This document shows, one piece after another, positions 62,390 through 64,000 of a stretch of 64,000 bases of DNA. The DNA is taken from NCBI GenBank assembly GCA_038078715.1, contig JBBTSU010000005.1, positions 3,048 to 67,047 of the forward strand, written 5' to 3'. Position numbers and translations under genes: made by a program. The notes under the pieces are model-generated. The model made no database searches. It saw only the letters and a list, made by a program, of their open reading frames with translations, and was not told the origin of the DNA. This stretch comes from Patescibacteria group bacterium (lineage in GTDB: Bacteria > Patescibacteriota > Minisyncoccia > Phycocordibacterales > Phycocordibacteraceae). How positions within the stretch are numbered: the stretch's first letter is position 1; every line of letters starts with the position of its first letter.

Positions 62390-63961
62390 TTATTTCATCG
62401 CTTCTTCAAGACGAGTAAGGACCATATCCCTCGGCAATACCGACAGGAACCACCCTGCCTTAGGTCCCGAGGTACGGTTCAAGAAGAGTCCGTAGATAGC
62501 GCTAAAGAGCTCTTTTGGAGCAATAGGAGCCTCAGTCTTAAGCTCATGCAGGCGAAGATGAAGCTCTTCTCCAGTACGCTCCTTCTCGGCAAGGAAATCT
62601 TTGAGGAGAGAGAGTGCGTGCTTTTGCACGTCAGTGAGTGCTATCTCGGGCATGTTTTTCTGAAGCTCGTACTTGTATTCGAGAGGTGCATACGTCGCAA
62701 GCCAGAATCGTGCGTAGTCCGCACGTTCTTTAAGCATCGTTTTCTCCTCATCAGTCAGTGGCTCACCCTTAGCGCTTGCCGCCTCGTCTTCAAGCGAGAG
62801 GTGCGGCATCTGCACCATGAAGGCAACCTGACCAAAGCGAAGCTGCCATGGCGCGCGTCCTTCTGCACGGTCTTTCGGAAGCTGACAAAAGGCATGGAGA
62901 CGCGTGAAGTCATCAGCTACGCCCTCACGTACCTTCTCTGCGATCTCGTCATACCAGTCATACACACGCGGCACCGAGTCCCCCGACGGATCCACATCAA
63001 TCTGCTGCATCGGCTCCTTGCCAAGCAAAGTAAGGCGAAGTGCCTCAGTCGGAAAGAGCTCCGACATTTCTTTTGCAGAAGATCCCCTACCCTTTGACGA
63101 AGACATTTTCTTTCCGCCGACCAAGAAGAACTCGTATGGAATATCAAACGGTTCTTCGTATCCGAATACTTCTTTAGAGATGTGCTTAGACACATCGCGT
63201 GAGCCACCTTTAGTGGAATGGTCTTTCCCTGCGCCTTCAATATCAACTCCCATCGCCACCCACTTGGCTGCCCAGTCTACCTTCCAGAAGAGCTTCATGG
63301 CGGCACCTTCAGGACGCACGCGTCCCGTGTGCCCACACGGCACTGTATCGTCTGGTGAACGATCACAGGTATATCCGACGGTTTCTCCATCGTAGTCATG
63401 CGCACGCGTGGTCATTATCTTCTCGCACTTCTCACACACCACCGATACCGGAAGCCACGACTCATCTTTCTGAGAACCTGATACTTCTTTCAAGATGCGA
63501 CGAATATCTTCCGCACGCTTAAGTGCCGTTTTGATAAGTGCATCCATCTTCCCTGCGGCGTACAAATCTTTGTAGGTACGATAGTACTCAGGAAAGAATC
63601 CTGCTTTTGCATGCACGGCCGCAAATTCTGCACCGTAATACTCCGCATAGTTTTCAAACCCTGGTTCTGGTGAAGGCACTCGGTAAAGCGGTTTGCCGAG
63701 ATGTTCTTTGAATTTTCCTTGATCTAAGTACCCCGGTACCGTATCAAACGGATCAAAGTCATTGAACTCAAACAAAAATTTGTTTGGTATCCCATACTCG
63801 TTTAATACTTCGGCAATGGCACCGTGAATCGCAACGCCACGCATAGAGCCGATGTGGACACGACCAGAAAGTGTCTTCTCGTCACGTATGACGAAAGTTG
63901 TGCCGTCACGCGGCTTCCTCGTATCTTGTATTTCCTTTCCTATGCGGTCTGCCCAGAACAT
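62390..63961 (-). CDS. lysK: lysyl-tRNA synthetase, class I (archaeal-type LysRS-I)
   Basis: N-terminus 'MFWADRIGKEI...SGRVHIGSMRG' (HIGH-type) and 'KMSSSKG', the diagnostic LysRS-I variant of KMSKS; 523 aa. Confidence 0.85.
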   Translation of the reverse strand: MFWADRIGKEIQDTRKPRDGTTFVIRDEKTLSGRVHIGSMRGVAIHGAIAEVLNEYGIPNKFLFEFNDFDPFDTVPGYLDQGKFKEHLGKPLYRVPSPEPGFENYAEYYGAEFAAVHAKAGFFPEYYRTYKDLYAAGKMDALIKTALKRAEDIRRILKEVSGSQKDESWLPVSVVCEKCEKIMTTRAHDYDGETVGYTCDRSPDDTVPCGHTGRVRPEGAAMKLFWKVDWAAKWVAMGVDIEGAGKDHSTKGGSRDVSKHISKEVFGYEEPFDIPYEFFLVGGKKMSSSKGRGSSAKEMSELFPTEALRLTLLGKEPMQQIDVDPSGDSVPRVYDWYDEIAEKVREGVADDFTRLHAFCQLPKDRAEGRAPWQLRFGQVAFMVQMPHLSLEDEAASAKGEPLTDEEKTMLKERADYARFWLATYAPLEYKYELQKNMPEIALTDVQKHALSLLKDFLAEKERTGEELHLRLHELKTEAPIAPKELFSAIYGLFLNRTSGPKAGWFLSVLPRDMVLTRLEEAMK

Positions 63962-64000
63962 GCTCCCAATCGTAGCACGCTAGGCAACTTTCTGAACGGT

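Noticed and set aside
62202-62495. 97-aa plus-strand ORF spanning the mraZ start, the MraZ boxes, the terminator and the lysK 3' end.
   Set aside because: It crosses a strong bidirectional terminator and overlaps two well-supported minus-strand genes, so it is spurious.
1-64000. CRISPR arrays, IS elements, integrases, rRNA genes.
   Set aside because: No regularly spaced direct repeats, transposase or integrase motifs (DDE, tyrosine recombinase R..H..R..Y), or rRNA-like sequences were seen anywhere in the window.

Overview
This 64-kb window is densely coded (about 92%) on both strands and comes from a small-genome bacterium. The gene content looks like a Patescibacteria/CPR-type lineage; this is an inference, not a database hit. 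Typically bacterial genes (infA-rpmJ-rpsM-rpsK-rpsD-rpoA-rplQ-rplM-rpsI block, grpE/dnaK/dnaJ, dcw genes, PBPs) sit beside archaeal-type ones (PurO IMP cyclohydrolase, archaeal-type AspRS, class I LysRS).

Recognisable content:
- Translation and information processing: the alpha-operon ribosomal block; rplI, rplU and rpmA elsewhere; six aminoacyl-tRNA synthetases (tyrS, trpS, aspS, gltX, cysS, lysK); tRNA-Tyr(GTA) directly after tyrS; tRNA-Glu(CTC); dnaB, recR, scpA/scpB, radC and rmuC.
- Chaperones: grpE, dnaK, dnaJ, with a divergent cold-shock gene between grpE and dnaK.
- Nucleotide metabolism: purF, purO, prs, an ITPase (rdgB-like), a HIT protein and a LOG family protein.
- Cell wall and division: the dcw cluster is split into mraY-ftsW-murG on the plus strand and mraZ-rsmH-ftsL-ftsI-murF on the minus strand; also uppP, a DacA-like carboxypeptidase, an M23 peptidase and ctpA.
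- Other: fba, a P-type ATPase, tspO, several DMT/EamA transporters, an orphan sensor histidine kinase and an AlkA-like glycosylase.

Most interesting regions:
- A 7-gene minus-strand operon at 38999-42600 (sunset-domain protein, 166-aa unknown, DEDDh exonuclease, LOG, then three unknown genes). It ends in a 521-bp AT-rich non-coding stretch.
- A compositionally atypical unknown gene (16265-17107) next to a Cys-rich secreted protein.
- An in-frame TAG two codons after the scpA start.
- Three TGGGA direct repeats (the last two 10 bp apart) and two copies of a 13-mer upstream of mraZ, consistent with MraZ boxes.
- A recurring extended -10 element 'TG(C)TATAnT' placed 5-15 nt before start codons, implying widespread leaderless or short-leader transcription.
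- Isolated purF and archaeal-type purO.
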